Source of the DNA: Schizochytrium sp. TIO01
Lineage: Eukaryota > Protista > Bigyra: Labyrinthulomycetes
Direction of reading: 5' to 3'
Assembly (NCBI GenBank): GCA_004764695.1
Contig: SMSO01000032.1
Coordinates: 1,178,001-1,242,000, forward strand
Length of the DNA: 64,000 bases
Under the pieces are notes generated by a model. The model had not been told where the DNA came from. It worked only from the letters and a program-made list of their open reading frames with translations, and made no database searches. Of the stretch, positions 58,548 to 64,000 are shown in pieces (position 1 is the first letter of the stretch; every line of letters begins with the position of its first letter). Position numbers and translations under genes: made by a program.

Positions 58548-59845
58548 CTAGAGTGGGAATACGGACCCAAAGTCCTTCGCAAACTTTGCTAAATTATGTA
58601 GCCCTCCACTCAAAGTTTCCTCGACATCACCGACAACATCCTTGCCAATTTGAACAAGCTTTGAGAATTCATATGAAGGGTTCACGAAAAGTCCTCGGGA
58701 ATAGTCGCCCGTGGCCTTTACAGTATAAGGGATGTCCAAAACAGACTCTGAATGACAAGCGTCGACGAAACATGTCTGTAGTCTCGAATGGAAGATAAAA
58801 ATAAACAGTTGCTCTAAGGTTAGACTCGGGTTTTGAATTGCAAGAAATATCGAAATTGACTTACCAGCTGTACACCTTCTGGAAGCGGGAGCACCAGCTC
58901 CTTGAGTAGAACGTCATCTGTGATTGCACCTTTTGTTTCGTAATCAAGCGGCAACAGCGTTTCATCTTGACCATCGACCTCATCTCCATTCTCATCAGGC
59001 ACGTACGAGCCATGACCAGACTGTACATGCGATAATTGTTAGAGAAAGACAAGTCCGGCACAACGCGTTAGTAATCAAATCTAGTGCACGTGTGATCGAA
59101 TAGCACATGGGCATGGATGACGGAAACTTACAAAATGAAAGTAAAGAGAGTCGCCAGATTTCGTGTCCCGTACGAACCAGCGGAAAGCTTGGATAAGATT
59201 GAGAAATGTTGGGGCTTTGTGGTGCCCGTCATCGATAACACATAGGATGTTCTCGTCTTTATATCCATGCTTCTTCAAAAATGTTTTGGCTGCTTTAACA
59301 TCATTAATGCAGCCTGATAGCTCGTACTCTTGACCATAGTAGTTAATACCTACAAGAAGCGCTCTCTTCACCGAAACTCCCTCTTCGTTAAGCGGGTTGA
59401 TAACTCTAAAGGTTTCCTTCTTGATATCCACCATCTTGCTGCAGGAAAGCTGGGGCACCTGGGAGTAATGCTTCAATCTGTCACGAAGCTCGTCAAGGAT
59501 TTGCATCCATGTCACGCCTGCAGCAGCACGATCCTCCTCGTTCAACATTCCAAGATATGCGTTGGTGCACGCACCTCCGCTTAGTCCGGCTCCTTCAGGC
59601 CGGAGAAGAGCAACATCGACAACATCAGCGCTGACTTGAGAGTCTTTGCATCCAGCAAGCATAAAGACCGTAGCGGGTATTGCAAGCTCACTTTGTTCTT
59701 TGAATTGCTTCGAAGGGAAGAATATGCCTCGGTCTTTAGCATCACCTGTTTCCTCGCTGTTTTCAAGGGTTGTCTCTGCTGGCATGGCCTCATCACCAGT
59801 TTCAACTTCTGCGTCCACATCAAGCTTTTCTTCTTCTTCTTGCAT
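58548..59845 (-). CDS. Type III metacaspase paralog; exons 59845-59132, 59020-58865, 58775-58548 (365 aa)
   Basis: p10: MLAGCKDSQVSAD, GGACTNAYL, QVPQLSCS. p20: KRALLVGINY, LSGCINDV. Phase-0 GTAAGT...CAG introns (59131-59021, 58864-58776) restore YFHF|SGHG, DENGDEVDGQDE and QL|TCFVDACHSESVLDIPY; 714+156+228 = 1098 nt. Confidence 0.93.
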
Positions 59846-61110
59846 CTTGCTCAATAGCGGCGTGGAGCCGGGGCGTCTCGACTTCTATACGTGCCGTTTA
59901 GAAGGCAAATGAATTTGAACTCTACGTTGAACTCCGCCAGCAAAGCTTGCCTCGATTTGTAAGGTTTTGCGTTTCCAATGTTAAAGCAACTCTGCTGTTG
60001 GACTTTTCAAGAACCCTTCGTCTTGTACGATAACCTTCGAGTTTTGTTAGGTAGCCACGCCCTTCCCAGTCTTTAAACGTCTTTGATCGCAATCTCATTC
60101 GGAGTTCTCGCCACACTAGGTCGCTCTCAGTAGACTGGATTTGACTCCACGCAGTCTTACGAGTGATTACCTATGGAAAATCCATCCTGAGATTTTTAAG
60201 TTTCTATAATAGCATTTTTTCTTATTCGTCACATTGCATCAAGGGAGAAAAAGAACACAGGGCTCTCAACTTGACTCAGAAATACAACAATCGAAATCCA
60301 GCACGCAAATGGCTAGAGTCAAGCTATCCTTTTTCATAGAACTGATTCCTCTTTTTCTGTCCACTTTTTAAAATTTGTTTTTCATCTTGTTTGCACACGG
60401 TGTCATATTTTATGCTATTCAGGGGAGCCGTATTAGTATTCATGAAATTAGAATGGTGGGGAGGGGGGAGTGATTTGCTTATCCCTTTTGAGAATAGTCA
60501 CATCAAGTCAACATATATTAAGTCATCTGGAGCTGATGGGAATTTCCATATCCCTCCCCTGGCGGAAAGCAACCTCACCTTTATTTTGAAAGACTTCGGT
60601 TTATATTATTCTCTTCAAGAACGAAAAAGAAAAATATATATATTAGACCCACTGACCTCAATCATTCATGAGGACATTTACCCTAGAATATTCATCATTT
60701 TCCCATGCTCCTCCCCCATTCATGCCGGTGTCTTCTAAGCCAAAGAAACTTGACGGAACTCCCATCCTCCGCGCCGCCCCATCCTCCTGCCAGCGCGTTC
60801 CCAGGAGAACACGGTATCCCCGAGGACCCAGTTCGTCCGTCTGTCAGTGCACACCTCTATCGCACACCTGAGCCTGCCGCCTTCCTTGGCTGTGGGAGAG
60901 TCCGTCTCCTCCTTTTCTTGCCCCTAATTAATTGATTGATTGATTGTGATTGATTGATTCATTCATTCATTCATATGTGATGCCCCATATGGACCATTTG
61001 GTTCATTTCCGTGCTTCTTCCTTTCAGATAAGGAGCCAGAAGAGAGAGCGTTGTGCTTTCTTCCGGGAAGGTCGGCCTTTTATTTTATTGAGAGTTGGAT
61101 GCCATCAAAG

Positions 61111-61170
61111 CGAAAGCGACGAAAGGCGACGGAAAGCGACGGAAAGCGACGGAAAGCGACGGAGGACGAC
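61111..61170. repeat. 10-bp minisatellite (GGAAAGCGAC), 3 perfect + 3 degenerate units
   Basis: Direct reading. Confidence 0.92.
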
Positions 61171-62684
61171 GAAAAGAGAGGCATAGGGAGCGAAAGCGAA
61201 GACGGTCTCACCTTGGCTGTTGAGAAGTAAAACCTCGAGATTCATTCGCATCATAGGTACCTATGGCTTCTCTTCTGCCAGTGACCGGAAAGGCTTGAAC
61301 ATTAAATTTAACTATTTTTTAAATAATTAAAAAGAAAAGGAAGAGGCAAGTTAAAATAAAATAAACAAACATTTTATCTATTGTATATCATATAGTCGAC
61401 CATGATTTTACAATAAACACATGTTTTTCTAAAATTAAAACTAATAATTTGTTTGCTAAAATTAAAATTAAAATATTAAAAATCGTTTGCAATTGTTTTA
61501 TAAAAAAGCAATTGTAATTAAAATTAATTAAGGAAGGAAGGAAGGATGGAAGGAAAGAGCAAAAGCTTGAGCAGCTCGTCCGCGCTTGTTTCCTCGATAC
61601 CACTGTTTCGCTTTTGCTTCGTTCACCTATTTCCTGACTGCCGAATACGAAACCCATCCTTCTTCAAGTTCTTCTTGAAAACAAAATAAAAGCACGCGTC
61701 GATCGGTGCCTTCGCAGTAATTACGCCGACCCTCCACTGTATAACAGTCAGATACTCTAAACGTTAGAAGCGCTGCACATTCAATACGAGTATGCGTGTT
61801 CCGAGTGTTCCATCGGCTGGCAAGCAATATGGTGACAGAATGAATGAACGAAACACGAGTGCGAAAATGTGTGTGCTTTGTCTAACTTGAGTTCAAAGCG
61901 ATGGATTGGAGTAGGCTCTGACTAGTGGGAGCGACCATATACACCTTATTGCCAAGCTGCCTGCCCTTCGACTTTGAAGACAGCTAGCTACATCGCTGGC
62001 TTCGTATCTATCTATCTATCTATCTATCGACTTGGCTAGCCTCACTCGGGCATAAACGCTCAGGCCAAAGCGAATTGCAATTTGCCTCAAGCAAGCTGCA
62101 ATTTTCGACAAGCACAAATATACCTCGCAAGGGATGGATGGATGGATGGATCTATGGGCGTGTTTATTTATCCTCGTAAGGGCGATCTTTTCCTGCATGA
62201 ACAGAGAAACAAGCTTAACAAACAAACAAACAAACAAACAAACAAACCGATCACTATGAATCCCTCACTACTTACTATCTTGGCGGTCTCAAGGATTTCA
62301 AGAGATCCAATCCCGTGAAACAGACTAGACCAGGTACCCGAAGAATCGGGTCCCCTCTACTACGCCATCATGCATCCTTACCTCGTAAGATCACGATGAA
62401 CGCTGGCCGAAAATCAAGCAACCCATCGACTTGAAGCCCTTGCAAAGGTGTGTGGAGAGGTACCTCGCTAGAGCTTTCTTGATAGTTCGCTCCAAGGTTT
62501 GGAGCAACTGCAGGAGGTAGTACGGAAGTAGGTACCAACCTAGCTATCTATCTCTACGTACGTGTGTGTAACTCGAAAACGATGCATGTGCAGTACGCGC
62601 TCTCTAAGGCGGGTATCGTGGTCCTTTGCGGTTGTGGTGGTGGCGATGACTAATCGACTGCTTGCTTGCTTCCTTGGCAGGTGA

Positions 62685-62735
62685 GCAAGCAAGCAAGCAA
62701 GAAAGCAAGCAGGCAAGCGAGCAAGCAAGCAAGCA
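62685..62735. repeat. Interrupted (CAAG)n microsatellite; related tracts on both strands at ~62658, ~62952, ~63305
   Basis: Direct reading. Confidence 0.88.
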
Positions 62736-64000
62736 GGCAGTCAAGCACGCAAGTGGGCTTGAAAGATCCCGTCGCCGAGAAGGGCGGCCTCATTTGACCG
62801 ACTGCCAGGGCAACAGCTGCGCAACAGCAGCAGCAGTAGCGTCATATGTCCACTCAAATCCATTCTCTTCAAAGCTCTGCCAGGGAAGACGCACGAGCGG
62901 ACGCCAGGTAGGTTCACCCGAGATCAGACCCTCTCACGCGAGCTCTTTTATTGCTTGCTTGTTTGCTTGCTTGCTTGCTTTAGCTCGGTCGCGTCCTCTC
63001 ATTCGCTGATGCGGTGCGGATCATTGTGGCCCAGGTCGTAGCACACGAAGAACAGGTTGACGGTAGAAGATTATCGCAATTCATTTGTCCAAAAATTGAT
63101 CGAGCAGCCGCTGCGAATGAGCCAGAGCCCGGTGCCTTCGTTCCGCTCAATCGCAGTGCCGACCGAGGCGATGGCTTCTCCACGCTCCAGGCGCGACGCC
63201 ATCTTCGAGCGCTCAGGGAGGCCCGCGCCTGCCCGAGAGCCTAACATTTGACCCTGATGACCGTTGGATGGACGCCGCTTTGGCCTTTTTGGGATGGAGA
63301 GCGAGCAAGCAAGCAAGCAGGCAAGCAAGCAATCAAAGATCAGCGCCAGCAGATAGACAGCCATGACACGCGGTGGCACAGAATGGCAGAGACGCGCAGA
63401 AGAAGCGGCGCGTTGGCATCCTTCGCCTCTGCTGCGCTCGCTCACTCCGCGGACTCCGTTTTTGAATTGTGGCTCTTCAATCATTCATTCATTCCTTCAT
63501 TAACTCTTCATGTTCGAATTTGAATTTGTGCCTTTTCTACAACTCTGTCTGTCTTATTATGTGTTTAGTGAGTTCTTTTATAATGTAAAAATCATTATTT
63601 ATTTCATTTTAAATTCCATTTTTGCAAATAGTTTTATTATTATTTACGCTTTAAAAAAAAAAGGGAGCGTGAAATCTAATTGATAAAAAAGAGAATTTGC
63701 TTCTTGAAAGTTAAACTGCGTTGAGGAAAGGAGATGGATTGGTTTCCATCTCGATGAAGAAAGATCTCGTTCATGCAATCGCGCCGGTGAGCATGGAGTG
63801 TTGAGGCTCGAGAATCCTCCGTCGCAACCTCGAAGCCATCCGCTCCGTCTATGTCGGGCTTGTCCTGCCTACAGAGAGAAGCGAGTTTCGTAAACCATCA
63901 TTTCTGTCATGGAGTTAGTTATTGAGTTATTTAGTTATTGAGTTATTTAGTTAGTTAGTTTGTTTGTTAGTTTGTTAGTTTGTTTGTTGTTGTTTCTGGT

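Noticed and set aside
58548-59854. Second metacaspase as a fragmented pseudogene
   Set aside because: Canonical phase-0 GT-AG introns join the three fragments into an intact 365-aa protein with His and Cys.

Overview
Eukaryotic, intron-poor genomic window with about 14 protein-coding genes separated by microsatellite-rich intergenic DNA. The gene set (type III metacaspases, a double-AP2 factor, a cyclophilin-SYF2 fusion) and compact structure suggest a heterotrophic stramenopile such as a thraustochytrid/labyrinthulomycete (inference). In order: (1) a >2,700-codon VPS13-family gene on the minus strand that runs off the window and is missing from the ORF track, with embedded EF-hands and C2 domains; (2) cyclophilin-SYF2 fusion; (3) TRAPPC12-like TPR protein; (4) small secreted TIL-like Cys-rich protein; (5) proteasome beta5; (6) a decayed L1/Tx1-like LINE trace and a densely base-paired element; (7) a 3-exon double-AP2 transcription factor; (8) KRR1; (9) mitochondrial FAD glycerol-3-phosphate dehydrogenase; (10) myristoylated C2-histidine phosphatase; (11) a Zn-finger protein; (12) an orphan 7TM protein; (13-15) two convergent type III (p10-p20 permuted) metacaspases, one intronless and one split by two introns, flanking a myristoylated NCS/calcineurin-B-like EF-hand protein with a ~265-aa insertion. 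This metacaspase / Ca-sensor / metacaspase block next to the 7TM gene is the best candidate for an undescribed Ca2+-activated protease (cell-death or defence) module; the functional linkage is inference only.
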